A stretch of DNA of 64,000 bases from Escherichia coli (GTDB lineage: Bacteria > Pseudomonadota > Gammaproteobacteria > Enterobacterales > Enterobacteriaceae): assembly GCF_030013595.1 (NCBI RefSeq), contig NZ_CP122771.1; one strand, 5' to 3'. Every line of letters starts with the position of its first letter. Within the stretch, counting starts at the first letter, position 1. Below the pieces are notes generated by a model that saw only the letters and a program-made list of their open reading frames with translations, did not search any database and was not told the DNA's origin. Below, piece by piece: positions 1-10,137 of this stretch. The position numbers and the translations under genes are program-made.

Positions 1-88
1 GGAAGCCCGGCGGAAAATATTTCCCGGTGTGATGTTATGTGTTGAATGTCAGGCGTATCAGGAAAGACAGAGAAAACATTATGCATAA
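1..88 (+). CDS. traR: TraR, 3' end only (frame starts at nt 2; C-terminus ...CVECQAYQERQRKHYA)
   Basis: Translation of nt 2-88 gives the C4 zinc-finger tail characteristic of F TraR; lies directly upstream of traC as in F. Confidence 0.6.
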   Translation, partial: EARRKIFPGVMLCVECQAYQERQRKHYA

Positions 89-247
89 GTCAGTCGCAGA
101 ACATAGTGATTTAATTCCGGATGAACATGAGTGGATATTCAGAAAACAGAAATCTTTGTATATGCGCCGGGAAATGGCGCGTTAATTACAGGTATTCCCT
201 TCATGGCTACCGCATTTCTCGCTTTATTTTTCAACTAAGGAATTCAT

Positions 248-2875
248 GTGAATAACCCACTTGAGGCCGTCACTCAGGCGGTTAACTCCCTCGTCACAGC
301 ACTGAAACTGCCTGACGAATCCGCAAAGGCCAATGAAGTTCTGGGCGAAATGAGCTTCCCGCAGTTCAGCCGTCTGCTGCCGTACCGTGATTATAACCAG
401 GAATCCGGTCTGTTCATGAATGACACCACGATGGGCTTTATGCTGGAAGCCATTCCCATCAATGGGGCGAATGAGTCTATTGTGGAGGCGCTCGACCACA
501 TGCTGCGCACCAAACTGCCGCGCGGAGTGCCGTTCTGCATCCATCTGATGTCCAGTCAGCTTGTTGGTGACAGAATTGAATACGGGCTGCGTGAGTTCTC
601 CTGGTCCGGTGAACAGGCTGAACGGTTTAACGCCATTACCCGTGCCTATTATATGAACGCGGCAGCGACACAGTTTCCGCTGCCGGAGGGGATGAATCTG
701 CCCCTGACCCTGCGCCATTACCGGGTATTCTTCTCGTACTGTTCTCCCTCGAAGAAAAAAAGCCGGGCTGACATTCTGGAAATGGAAAACCTGGTGAAAA
801 TCATCCGGGCGTCGTTACAGGGGGCCAGTATCACCACACAGGCGGTGGATGCACAGGCCTTTATCGATATTGTCGGGGAGATGATTAACCATAACCCGGA
901 CTCCCTGTATCCGAAAAGACGTCAGCTGGACCCGTATTCTGATCTGAATTATCAGTGTGTGGAGGACAGTTTTGACCTGAAAGTCCGGGCGGATTACCTG
1001 ACGCTGGGCCTGCGTGAGAACGGCAGGAACAGCACGGCCCGCATCCTGAATTTCCATCTGGCCCGTAACCCGGAAATCGCCTTTCTGTGGAACATGGCCG
1101 ACAACTACAGCAACCTGCTGAACCCGGAACTGTCCATCTCCTGTCCGTTCATCCTGACGCTGACTCTGGTGGTGGAAGACCAGGTGAAAACTCACAGCGA
1201 AGCCAACCTGAAGTACATGGACCTGGAGAAAAAGTCGAAGACCTCCTATGCCAAATGGTTTCCGTCCGTGGAGAAAGAGGCGAAGGAGTGGGGGGAACTG
1301 CGTCAGCGGCTGGGCTCCGGTCAGTCCTCTGTCGTGTCCTACTTCCTCAACATCACAGCATTCTGCAAGGACAATAATGAAACGGCGCTGGAAGTGGAGC
1401 AGGACATCCTGAACAGCTTCCGTAAAAACGGTTTTGAGCTGATTTCACCGCGCTTTAACCACATGCGCAATTTCCTGACCTGTCTGCCCTTTATGGCCGG
1501 GAAAGGGTTGTTTAAACAGCTGAAAGAGGCCGGAGTGGTACAGCGCGCAGAGAGCTTTAATGTGGCCAACCTGATGCCGTTAGTGGCGGATAACCCCCTG
1601 ACACCGGCAGGTCTGCTGGCACCCACCTACCGTAACCAGCTGGCGTTTATCGATATTTTCTTCCGGGGGATGAATAACACCAACTACAACATGGCGGTCT
1701 GTGGCACCTCCGGGGCCGGTAAAACCGGGCTGATACAGCCACTTATCCGCAGCGTGCTGGACTCCGGGGGCTTTGCCGTGGTGTTCGACATGGGGGATGG
1801 CTACAAGTCCCTGTGTGAGAACATGGGCGGGGTGTATCTGGACGGTGAAACCCTGCGTTTTAACCCGTTTGCGAACATCACCGATATTGACCAGTCAGCG
1901 GAGCGTGTCCGCGACCAGTTGTCGGTGATGGCCAGCCCCAACGGTAACCTGGATGAAGTGCATGAAGGTCTGCTGCTGCAGGCGGTCAGGGCCTCCTGGC
2001 TGGCTAAAAAGAATAAGGCGCGCATCGATGATGTGGTGGATTTCCTGAAAAACGCCCGTGATAACGACCAGTATGTAGAGTCACCGACTATCCGCAGCCG
2101 TCTGGACGAAATGATTGTGCTGCTTGACCAGTACACTGCTAACGGCACTTATGGCCAGTATTTCAACTCCGATGAGCCGTCCCTGCGGGATGATGCGAAA
2201 ATGGTGGTGCTGGAGCTGGGCGGACTGGAAGACCGTCCGTCCCTGCTGGTTGCGGTGATGTTCAGCCTTATCATTTACATTGAGAACCGGATGTACCGCA
2301 CGCCGCGTAACCTCAAGAAACTGAACGTTATTGATGAAGGCTGGCGTCTGCTGGACTTCAAAAATCACAAGGTCGGTGAATTTATTGAGAAAGGCTACCG
2401 TACGGCCCGCCGTCATACCGGTGCCTATATCACCATCACACAGAACATCGTCGACTTTGACTCTGATAAGGCCTCCAGTGCTGCCCGCGCGGCATGGGGT
2501 AACTCCTCCTACAAAATTATCCTCAAACAGAGTGCGAAGGAGTTCGCGAAATACAACCAGCTGTATCCGGACCAGTTCCTGCCACTGCAGCGCGACATGA
2601 TTGGTAAGTTTGGTGCAGCCAAAGACCAGTGGTTCAGTTCCTTCCTGCTGCAGGTGGAAAACCATTCCTCCTGGCACCGTCTGTTTGTGGACCCGTTAAG
2701 CCGCGCCATGTACAGCTCTGACGGCCCGGATTTTGAGTTTGTGCAGCAGAAGCGTAAAGAGGGGCTGAGTATTCATGAGGCAGTGTGGCAGCTGGCGTGG
2801 AAGAAGTCAGGGCCGGAGATGGCTTCGCTGGAAGCCTGGCTGGAAGAACATGAGAAATACAGGAGTGTGGCATGA
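248..2875 (+). CDS. traC: TraC, VirB4-like conjugative ATPase (GTG start)
   Basis: 875-aa ORF with N-terminus MNNPLEAVTQAVNSLV and Walker A GTSGAGKT; matches recalled F TraC in sequence and size. Confidence 0.95.
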   Translation: MNNPLEAVTQAVNSLVTALKLPDESAKANEVLGEMSFPQFSRLLPYRDYNQESGLFMNDTTMGFMLEAIPINGANESIVEALDHMLRTKLPRGVPFCIHLMSSQLVGDRIEYGLREFSWSGEQAERFNAITRAYYMNAAATQFPLPEGMNLPLTLRHYRVFFSYCSPSKKKSRADILEMENLVKIIRASLQGASITTQAVDAQAFIDIVGEMINHNPDSLYPKRRQLDPYSDLNYQCVEDSFDLKVRADYLTLGLRENGRNSTARILNFHLARNPEIAFLWNMADNYSNLLNPELSISCPFILTLTLVVEDQVKTHSEANLKYMDLEKKSKTSYAKWFPSVEKEAKEWGELRQRLGSGQSSVVSYFLNITAFCKDNNETALEVEQDILNSFRKNGFELISPRFNHMRNFLTCLPFMAGKGLFKQLKEAGVVQRAESFNVANLMPLVADNPLTPAGLLAPTYRNQLAFIDIFFRGMNNTNYNMAVCGTSGAGKTGLIQPLIRSVLDSGGFAVVFDMGDGYKSLCENMGGVYLDGETLRFNPFANITDIDQSAERVRDQLSVMASPNGNLDEVHEGLLLQAVRASWLAKKNKARIDDVVDFLKNARDNDQYVESPTIRSRLDEMIVLLDQYTANGTYGQYFNSDEPSLRDDAKMVVLELGGLEDRPSLLVAVMFSLIIYIENRMYRTPRNLKKLNVIDEGWRLLDFKNHKVGEFIEKGYRTARRHTGAYITITQNIVDFDSDKASSAARAAWGNSSYKIILKQSAKEFAKYNQLYPDQFLPLQRDMIGKFGAAKDQWFSSFLLQVENHSSWHRLFVDPLSRAMYSSDGPDFEFVQQKRKEGLSIHEAVWQLAWKKSGPEMASLEAWLEEHEKYRSVA

Positions 2876-3258
2876 GTTCAACGCAGAAACCCGCCGACGT
2901 CACGGCAGAACGACGCAGCCACTGGTGGTGGACGGTGCCGGGATGCCTGGCAATGGTGTTACTGAACGCAGCCGTCAGTTACGGCATTGTCAGACTGAAT
3001 GCACCGGTGACTGTCGCCTTCAACATGAAACAGACCGTGGATGCGTTTTTTGACAGCGCCAGTCAGAAACAACTGTCAGAAGCGCAGTCAAAAGCCCTTT
3101 CAGCGCGTTTTAACACGGCACTGGAAGCCAGCCTGCAGGCGTGGCAGCAGAAACACCACGCGGTCATTCTGGTGTCGCCTGCTGTGGTACAGGGGGCACC
3201 GGATATCACCCGGGAAATCCAGCAGGATATTGCCCGGCGAATGAGGGCGGAACCATGA
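2872..3258 (+). CDS. trbI: TrbI
   Basis: 128-aa ORF overlapping the traC stop; position and size match F TrbI. Confidence 0.85.
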   Translation: MSSTQKPADVTAERRSHWWWTVPGCLAMVLLNAAVSYGIVRLNAPVTVAFNMKQTVDAFFDSASQKQLSEAQSKALSARFNTALEASLQAWQQKHHAVILVSPAVVQGAPDITREIQQDIARRMRAEP

Positions 3259-3887
3259 GATGCCGGGGGCTGATTGCCCTGCTGATATGGGGGCAGAGTG
3301 TGGCCGCCGCCGATCTTGGTACCTGGGGCGATCTGTGGCCGGTAAAGGAGCCGGACATGCTGACGGTGATCATGCAGCGCCTGACGGCACTGGAGCTGTC
3401 CGGTGAGATGGGCCGGAAAATGGATGTCTTTAAGGAGCGGGTGATCCGCAACAGTCTGCGGCCCCCTGCCGTGCCCGGTATCGGACGCACGGAGAAATAC
3501 GGTAGCCGGTTGTTTGACCCGTCCGTCAGACTGGCTGCGGATATCCGGGATAACGAAGGGCGGGTGTTTGCCCGTCAGGGTGAAGTGATGAATCCGCTGC
3601 AGTATGTTCCTTTTAACCAGACGCTGTATTTCATCAATGGCGATGATCCGGCGCAGGTGGCCTGGATGAAACGCCAGACGCCGCCCACACTGGAGAGCAA
3701 AATCATCCTCGTGCAGGGCAGTATCCCGGAGATGCAGAAGTCTCTGGACAGCCGTGTTTACTTTGACCAGAACGGTGTGCTCTGCCAGCGCCTCGGCATT
3801 GATCAGGTCCCGGCACGGGTGAGCGCCGTTCCCGGCGATCGCTTCCTGAAGGTGGAATTTATTCCGGCAGAGGAGGGCAGAAAATGA
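3255..3887 (+). CDS. traW: TraW pilus assembly protein
   Basis: ATG at 3255 overlaps the trbI stop; signal peptide MRCRGLIALLIWGQSVAAADLG; 210 aa as in F TraW. Confidence 0.9.
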   Translation: MRCRGLIALLIWGQSVAAADLGTWGDLWPVKEPDMLTVIMQRLTALELSGEMGRKMDVFKERVIRNSLRPPAVPGIGRTEKYGSRLFDPSVRLAADIRDNEGRVFARQGEVMNPLQYVPFNQTLYFINGDDPAQVAWMKRQTPPTLESKIILVQGSIPEMQKSLDSRVYFDQNGVLCQRLGIDQVPARVSAVPGDRFLKVEFIPAEEGRK

Positions 3888-4876
3888 AGCGAAGCCTGTG
3901 GCTGCTGATGTTATTCCTTCTCGCCGGTCATGTCCCTGCAGCGTCTGCGGATTCTGCCTGTGAGGGGCGTTTTGTAAACCCGATCACGGATATCTGCTGG
4001 AGCTGTATTTTCCCGCTCTCGCTGGGCAGTATCAAAGTCAGTCAGGGTAAGGTCCCCGACACGGCGAACCCGTCGATGCCCATTCAGATTTGTCCGGCAC
4101 CGCCGCCGCTGTTCAGGCGTATCGGGCTGGCCATTGGTTACTGGGAGCCGATGGCGCTGACGGACGTCACCCGGTCACCGGGATGCATGGTGAACCTGGG
4201 CTTCAGCCTGCCGGCTTTTGGTAAAACGGCACAGGGAACGGCGAAAAAAGATGAGAAGCAGGTGAACGGGGCGTTCTATCACGTTCACTGGTACAAATAC
4301 CCGCTGACGTACTGGCTTAACATCATCACATCGCTGGGCTGTCTGGAAGGTGGTGACCTGGATATCGCTTATCTTTCTGAAATTGACCCCACCTGGACGG
4401 ACAGCAGCCTGACCACCATTCTCAATCCGGAAGCTGTCATCTTTGCCAATCCGATAGCACAGGGAGCCTGCGCAGCAGATGCGATTGCCAGCGCCTTTAA
4501 TATGCCTCTCGATGTTCTGTTCTGGTGTGCCGGTTCGCAGGGAAGTATGTACCCGTTCAATGGCTGGGTGAGTAATGAGTCCAGTCCGTTGCAGTCCTCC
4601 CTGCTGGTCAGTGAACGCATGGCGTTCAAGCTGCACCGTCAGGGCATGATTATGGAAACCATCGGGAAAAATAACGCCGTCTGTAATGAATATCCGTCCC
4701 CAATCCTGCCCAAAGAACGCTGGCGTTACCAGATGGTGAATATGTATCCGGACAGCGGGCAGTGCCACCCGTTCGGGCGCAGCGTGACCCGCTGGGAAAC
4801 CGGGAAAAATCCGCCCAACACAAAGAAAAACTTCGGCTACCTGATGTGGCGTAAACGTAACTGTGTTTTCCTGTAA
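3884..4876 (+). CDS. traU: TraU
   Basis: 330-aa ORF, signal peptide, cysteine-rich; same size and position as F TraU. Confidence 0.95.
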   Translation: MKRSLWLLMLFLLAGHVPAASADSACEGRFVNPITDICWSCIFPLSLGSIKVSQGKVPDTANPSMPIQICPAPPPLFRRIGLAIGYWEPMALTDVTRSPGCMVNLGFSLPAFGKTAQGTAKKDEKQVNGAFYHVHWYKYPLTYWLNIITSLGCLEGGDLDIAYLSEIDPTWTDSSLTTILNPEAVIFANPIAQGACAADAIASAFNMPLDVLFWCAGSQGSMYPFNGWVSNESSPLQSSLLVSERMAFKLHRQGMIMETIGKNNAVCNEYPSPILPKERWRYQMVNMYPDSGQCHPFGRSVTRWETGKNPPNTKKNFGYLMWRKRNCVFL

Positions 4877-4901
4877 AACTACTAATTCTGAAGGATTTTT
4901 T

Positions 4902-5363
4902 ATGTATAAACAGGCAACAGAATTAATGCTGAACTTTAAAGACCGCATTCTGATTAAGGGGGAAGAAGATACCGGCAAGTCAACTCTCCTGACTGAAATA
5001 AGAATCAGTGATAGTGATTCCCGGTATTACAACTTTAAAACTCTTAACTCTGCGGGGTATAACCAGCTTTGTGATGAAAATATTGATGATTTTGATTTTC
5101 TGAATACACCTGAAAAGACGTTAATCCTTGATGGAGTCAGGCTGTGTGAAAAGAAAATGACATCAAAAGTTATCAGGTTAATTAAACAGGCCAGAAAATA
5201 TCATAAACGCCTGGTTGTGGTTGCAGACTCATGTGAGTCTGAGTTTATCGAACTGTTGTTTGATGGTGTTATTGCATTGTCCTTCAATTCTGACAGAGAA
5301 AGGAGCTGCAATGTTTATACGCCATCAAGGTGTCGTAATACAGATAATATTTATGCCAGGTAA
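4902..5363 (+). CDS. Hypothetical small P-loop NTPase-like protein
   Basis: AT-rich ORF with RBS aagga before ATG 4902; canonical Walker A GEEDTGKST after a hydrophobic strand and Walker B-like RLVVVADS; no tra-gene counterpart recalled at this position in F. Confidence 0.5.
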   Translation: MYKQATELMLNFKDRILIKGEEDTGKSTLLTEIRISDSDSRYYNFKTLNSAGYNQLCDENIDDFDFLNTPEKTLILDGVRLCEKKMTSKVIRLIKQARKYHKRLVVVADSCESEFIELLFDGVIALSFNSDRERSCNVYTPSRCRNTDNIYAR

Positions 5364-5392
5364 ATGTGTAAACAAAAACAGAGGAGGGTGTA

Positions 5393-5845
5393 ATGAGTAA
5401 TAATATAAAATATGGCTCCAGAATACTTGATATGGGTGTTCTGCTGGAGATGAAAGCGCTTGTGAATGCAAATGGTGGTGTGTCACGGTGCATTATGGAG
5501 TGCCGGCAGCTTGCCTGTGAGGTCCGTCATTCGCAACAATTACTGGATAAGCTGTCATGTATTGACGACTGGCTGTGCCGGTTTTCCTCAATAATGTATC
5601 ACCGTTTTGATAAAGAACAGATTCAGTGGCGGGAGGATGTGGACAGGAATTATCCCAGAGAAAAAGTTTATATTTTCAGTCCCGATGATGTCTCCGTCCA
5701 TAATAATGATATTAAAGACTCTGCCAATAACACATCAGGAATAACCGTGTCGGTTACAGCCAGTAAAATATTTGCAGGTCAGAAAGAGTTTGATGCTTTT
5801 TTAAAACTGGCAGAAAAACTGAGAGAAAACCCTACGGGTAATTAA
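5393..5845 (+). CDS. Hypothetical protein, likely co-operonic partner of the P-loop protein
   Basis: 150-aa AT-rich ORF 30 bp downstream of the previous gene with strong RBS gaggaggg; no recognisable motif. Confidence 0.5.
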   Translation: MSNNIKYGSRILDMGVLLEMKALVNANGGVSRCIMECRQLACEVRHSQQLLDKLSCIDDWLCRFSSIMYHRFDKEQIQWREDVDRNYPREKVYIFSPDDVSVHNNDIKDSANNTSGITVSVTASKIFAGQKEFDAFLKLAEKLRENPTGN

Positions 5846-5872
5846 ATTGTAATAATGCCATCAGGATATATC

Positions 5873-6511
5873 ATGAACTGGAAAATATTTGCACTTTTTG
5901 CCCTGACTGCAGGAATGCATATCACTGTTCATGCCTCAGACAATGTGAACACTCCTGAAAACCGCCAGTTCCTGAAGCAGCAGGAAAATTTAAGCAGACA
6001 ACTGCGTGAAAAACCTGACCATCAGCTGAAGGCCTGGGCGGAGAAACAGGTGCTGGAGAACCCCCTTCAGCGTTCAGATAACCATTTCCTGGATGAGCTG
6101 GTTCGTAAACAGCAGGCTTCGCAGGACGGGAAACCCCGGCAGGGGGCCCTGTATTTTGTGTCGTTTTCCATTCCCGAAGAGGGGCTGAAACGGATGCTGG
6201 GCGAAACCCGGCACTACGGTATACCCGCCACACTGCGGGGCATGGTGAACAATGACCTGAAGACCACCGCTGAAGCCGTGCTGTCCCTGGTGAAAGACGG
6301 CGCGACTGATGGTGTTCAGATCGACCCGACGCTGTTTTCACAGTACGGCATTCGCAGCGTACCGACACTGGTGGTGTTCTGCAGTCAGGGATACGACATC
6401 ATCCGGGGAAACCTGCGGGTCGGCCAGGCGCTGGAGAAAGTGGCCGCCACGGGTGACTGCCGGCAGGTGGCTCATGATTTACTGGCAGGGAAAGGAGATT
6501 CCGGGAAATGA
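5873..6511 (+). CDS. trbC: TrbC (periplasmic pilus assembly protein) with a divergent N-terminus
   Basis: From ...ASDNVNTPENRQFLKQQENLSRQLREKPDHQLKAW the protein matches recalled F TrbC; signal peptide MNWKIFALFALTAGMHITVHA differs from F; upstream ATG at 5855 is an alternative start. Confidence 0.85.
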   Translation: MNWKIFALFALTAGMHITVHASDNVNTPENRQFLKQQENLSRQLREKPDHQLKAWAEKQVLENPLQRSDNHFLDELVRKQQASQDGKPRQGALYFVSFSIPEEGLKRMLGETRHYGIPATLRGMVNNDLKTTAEAVLSLVKDGATDGVQIDPTLFSQYGIRSVPTLVVFCSQGYDIIRGNLRVGQALEKVAATGDCRQVAHDLLAGKGDSGK

Positions 6512-8358
6512 AACGTATGTTACCTCTGATACTGGCTCTGGTTGCCGGCATGGCACAGGCTGACAGCAACAGTGATTACCGGGCCGGTTCTGATTTTGCT
6601 CACCAGATCAAAGGACAGGGAAGCAGCAGTATTCAGGGCTTTAAGCCACAGGAGAGTATCCCCGGCTATAACGCGCATCCGGACGAGACAAAATATTACG
6701 GTGGCGTGACTGCCGGCGGGGATGGCGGCCTGAAAAATGACGGCACCACGGAATGGGCGACCGGTGAAACCGGAAAAACCATCACAGAGTCCTTCATGAA
6801 CAAGCCGAAAGACATTCTTTCACCGGATGCACCGTTCATTCAGACCGGCAGGGATGTGGTGAACCGGGCTGACAGCATTGTGGGAAACACAGGCCAGCAG
6901 TGTAGTGCACAGCAGATAAACCGCAGTGAATTCACAAACTATACCTGTGAACGGGACACGATGGTGGAGGAGTATTGCACACGGACTGCCAGGATCACCG
7001 GAGACTGGAAATACACAGATGAATATCGTGAGGTGACGATACCGCACTCACAGTTCCGGTTCAGTATGAACGGGCTGAAACTGGTGTTCAGTGTCACGGC
7101 TCCGGTAACCGGTACAGTGGAAAGTGCATCATTGTCTGTATACGCCGCTTTTTTCTTCCTGAACTCTCGTTATACCTTCATGAATTCAACGTTCAATGTT
7201 GGCCTGGTAAACGGGCAGTCGGGTACTTTCCCCCTGTCCGGGGCGACAGGTTTGCAGGTGACACAAGGGCAGGTTCTGACCGGCAGTGGCTGTACTGCTA
7301 ACGGTAACTGTCTTTCTGGCGGGAACGGTGACCGACAGGTTTATGAGAAACTGGCCAGCGGCGCGTCCACCTTTACACTGAAACTCAGGATGAAGGTCCG
7401 TGATAAAGAATGGGTTCCACGGGTGGAGTGGGTGGAGAGTTGTCCGTTTAATAAAGCGGATGGCGTGCTGAAAGGCACTGAGTGTTCAGAGCCGGGTGGT
7501 ACGAAAACTGGTGTGATGGAAGGTAAACCCTGGAGCATCACACAGGCGTGCTGGGCATACCGGGATAAATATGTCACACAGTCCGCAGATAATGGTACCT
7601 GTCAGAAATATGTCGATAATCCGGCCTGTACGCTGGCCTCACGTCAGTGCGCGTTTTATTCCGATGAGGGAACCTGTCTGCATGAGTATGCCACGTACTC
7701 CTGCGAGTCAAAAACATCAGGAAAAGTGATGGTCTGTGGTGGTGATGTCTTCTGCCTTGACGGTGAATGCGATAAGGCGCAGAGCGGAAAAAACAGTGAT
7801 TTTGGTGCAGCCGTATCACAGCTGGCTGCGCTTGCCGCTGCTGGTAAGGATGTTGCCGCCCTGAATGGTGTGGATGTCAGGGCTTTCACCGGCGAGGCGA
7901 AATTCTGCCGTAAGGCCGCAGCCGGCTTCAGTAACTGCTGTAAGGATGGTGGCTGGGGTCAGGATGTGGGTCTGGCGAAGTGTAACAGTGAAGAAAAGGC
8001 GCTGGGAAAGGCAAAGGACAACAAACTGACGGTGAGTGTTGGCGAGTTCTGTTCGAAAAAGGTACTCGGTGTCTGCCTGCAGAAAAAGCGCAGCTACTGC
8101 CAGTTTGATTCGAAACTGGCGCAGATAGTCCAGCAGCAGGGGCGTAACGGGCAGCTGCGTATCGGGTTTGGCAGCGCCAAAAGTCCTGACTGTCGTGGAA
8201 TAACCGTGGATGAACTGCAGCGTATTAAGTTCGACCAGCTGGACTTCACTAACTTCTACGAAGACCTGATGAATAACCAGAAAATCCCGGACAGTGGTGT
8301 TCTGACGCAGAAAGTGAAAGAACAGATTGCTGACCAGCTGAAACAGGCAGGACAGTAA
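6508..8358 (+). CDS. traN: TraN, outer-membrane mating-pair stabilisation protein
   Basis: 616 aa, signal peptide MKRMLPLILALVAGMAQA, cysteine-rich C-terminal half; matches F TraN. Confidence 0.95.
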   Translation: MKRMLPLILALVAGMAQADSNSDYRAGSDFAHQIKGQGSSSIQGFKPQESIPGYNAHPDETKYYGGVTAGGDGGLKNDGTTEWATGETGKTITESFMNKPKDILSPDAPFIQTGRDVVNRADSIVGNTGQQCSAQQINRSEFTNYTCERDTMVEEYCTRTARITGDWKYTDEYREVTIPHSQFRFSMNGLKLVFSVTAPVTGTVESASLSVYAAFFFLNSRYTFMNSTFNVGLVNGQSGTFPLSGATGLQVTQGQVLTGSGCTANGNCLSGGNGDRQVYEKLASGASTFTLKLRMKVRDKEWVPRVEWVESCPFNKADGVLKGTECSEPGGTKTGVMEGKPWSITQACWAYRDKYVTQSADNGTCQKYVDNPACTLASRQCAFYSDEGTCLHEYATYSCESKTSGKVMVCGGDVFCLDGECDKAQSGKNSDFGAAVSQLAALAAAGKDVAALNGVDVRAFTGEAKFCRKAAAGFSNCCKDGGWGQDVGLAKCNSEEKALGKAKDNKLTVSVGEFCSKKVLGVCLQKKRSYCQFDSKLAQIVQQQGRNGQLRIGFGSAKSPDCRGITVDELQRIKFDQLDFTNFYEDLMNNQKIPDSGVLTQKVKEQIADQLKQAGQ

Positions 8359-8381
8359 AGCAGGGAAAATAACCGGGGAAA

Positions 8382-8642
8382 ATGATGAAGGTCATATTCA
8401 CTTCTAATCGTATTGTTGATTTTATTATCCGGCTTTTGATTACAGCGATTGTCATTTCTCCGGTAATTATCTGGTCGTGGGATACGGTAAAAGAAACCAC
8501 GGCAGACGGGATGCTTGCCGCTGCTTTCGTTATCCTTTACTCCGGTGTGCTCCTGTTTATTCTGTATTTTTGTTTTTCTGCCCTGACTGACCTGCAGAAA
8601 CCTGATGAAAGAAAAAGTGATGAAAGGAATGAAGATGAATAA
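8382..8642 (+). CDS. trbE: TrbE
   Basis: 86-aa small membrane protein between traN and traF as in F. Confidence 0.75.
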   Translation: MMKVIFTSNRIVDFIIRLLITAIVISPVIIWSWDTVKETTADGMLAAAFVILYSGVLLFILYFCFSALTDLQKPDERKSDERNEDE

Positions 8643-9378
8643 AGCATTACTGCCACTGTTACTCTGCTGCTTTATTTTTCCGGCGTCAGGAAAAGATGCA
8701 GGCTGGCAGTGGTATAACGAGAAAATAAATCCGAAGGAAAAAGAAAATAAACCTGTACCTGCAGCCCCCCGTCAGGAACCGGATATTATGCAGAAACTGG
8801 CCGCACTGCAGACGGCAACAAAGCGGGCGCTGTACGAAGCCATTCTGTATCCCGGCGTGGATAATTTTGTGAAATATTTCCGGCTGCAAAATTACTGGAC
8901 TCAGCAGGCCGGGCTTTTCACCATGAGCGCCAGAAAGGCCATGCTGGCGCATCCCGAACTGGACTATAACCTGCAGTACAGCCATTACAACGGCACGGTC
9001 CGGAACCAGCTGGCGGCAGACCAGGCGCAGCAGCGACAGGCCATTGCGAAACTGGCTGAACACTACGGCATCATGTTTTTTTACCGGGGGCAGGACCCCA
9101 TCGACGGGCAACTGGCGCAGGTCATTAATGGCTTCCGGGATACGTATGGTCTGAGTGTTATTCCCGTTTCCGTGGATGGCGTGATTAATCCGCTGTTGCC
9201 GGATTCCCGGACTGACCAGGGGCAGGCGCAGCGCCTCGGCGTGAAATATTTCCCGGCCATGATGCTGGTTGACCCGAAACAGGGCAGTGTTCGCCCGTTA
9301 TCATACGGCTTTATTTCGCAGGACGACCTGGCAAAACAGTTCCTGAACGTTTCTGAAGATTTTAAACCCAATTTTTAA
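8635..9378 (+). CDS. traF: TraF, thioredoxin-fold pilus assembly protein
   Basis: ATG 8635 gives MNKALLPLLLCCFIFPASGKDAGWQWYNEK..., 247 aa as in F TraF. Confidence 0.9.
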   Translation: MNKALLPLLLCCFIFPASGKDAGWQWYNEKINPKEKENKPVPAAPRQEPDIMQKLAALQTATKRALYEAILYPGVDNFVKYFRLQNYWTQQAGLFTMSARKAMLAHPELDYNLQYSHYNGTVRNQLAADQAQQRQAIAKLAEHYGIMFFYRGQDPIDGQLAQVINGFRDTYGLSVIPVSVDGVINPLLPDSRTDQGQAQRLGVKYFPAMMLVDPKQGSVRPLSYGFISQDDLAKQFLNVSEDFKPNF

Positions 9379-9393
9379 TCGCGGATTTGATTT

Positions 9394-9741
9394 ATGAGTG
9401 AAGATTATTTGAAAATGTTTACAGGTGTTGTTCTGTTAATATTTGTCATTATTGCCGGTTATTTCTTTTCTGAGCGTAATGACAGGAAAATGTTTCTCCT
9501 GAGCTCACTGGTTTTCCTTGTTATTAATATCGCGTGTTTATATGTGCTTACCGCCAGTCTCTGGTTTCTGTGTGGTGCAATTATGAGTCAGGGCGCAGCA
9601 CTGGTTGTTTCAATAGTTGCGGCCGCATTACCGGACGTTACGAGCTTCGACAGGTTCAGAAGAATATTTATCTGTATTATGTTGTCATCGGTATGGTCCG
9701 GAGTGATGTGGTTTTTTATAAGGGGGCTTATGACAGGCTAA
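9394..9741 (+). CDS. trbA: TrbA
   Basis: 115-aa hydrophobic protein following traF; same size and position as F TrbA. Confidence 0.8.
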   Translation: MSEDYLKMFTGVVLLIFVIIAGYFFSERNDRKMFLLSSLVFLVINIACLYVLTASLWFLCGAIMSQGAALVVSIVAAALPDVTSFDRFRRIFICIMLSSVWSGVMWFFIRGLMTG

Positions 9742-9796
9742 GTCATATAAAACGGTCATAAAAACCATACAAAATAATGAGGTTGATTACTGAAGA

Positions 9797-10057
9797 TCAT
9801 ATGATAAACCATACCGCAATCCAGTGGCTTCTGAATAGCTCGCAAAAATAAATATAGATAATTGAAAATAACCATAATACAACGATGCCTGCTGCGATAC
9901 TTAATAAACTTATTACAAGATAGTCAGGGAAGGCATTGACCGGTAATGAATGTGATGCTGCATATATCAGCGCAATAATTGCCGCATTTCCCAGTAACGA
10001 CTCTCTTATTATGTTTCTGATTATTTCCAGTTTTTCTTTAAAAGATCGCTTTTCCAT
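9797..10057 (-). CDS. artA: ArtA-like membrane protein on the anti-tra strand
   Basis: Only convincing minus-strand ORF in the tra operon; AT-rich and hydrophobic; position between trbA and traQ matches F artA. Confidence 0.55.
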   Translation of the reverse strand: MEKRSFKEKLEIIRNIIRESLLGNAAIIALIYAASHSLPVNAFPDYLVISLLSIAAGIVVLWLFSIIYIYFCELFRSHWIAVWFII

Positions 10058-10137
10058 TTGTACCTCTGATTAATATCACACAAACGCGAATATTACAGAC
10101 ATGAATACTCTCATGTAAATAATAACCGGAGTTTAAC

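Noticed and set aside
224-718. 164-aa minus-strand ORF antisense to the traC 5' end
   Set aside because: Overlaps traC on the opposite strand; low-complexity translation.
4175-4978. 267-aa minus-strand ORF antisense to traU
   Set aside because: Entirely antisense to the conserved traU frame; no start context.
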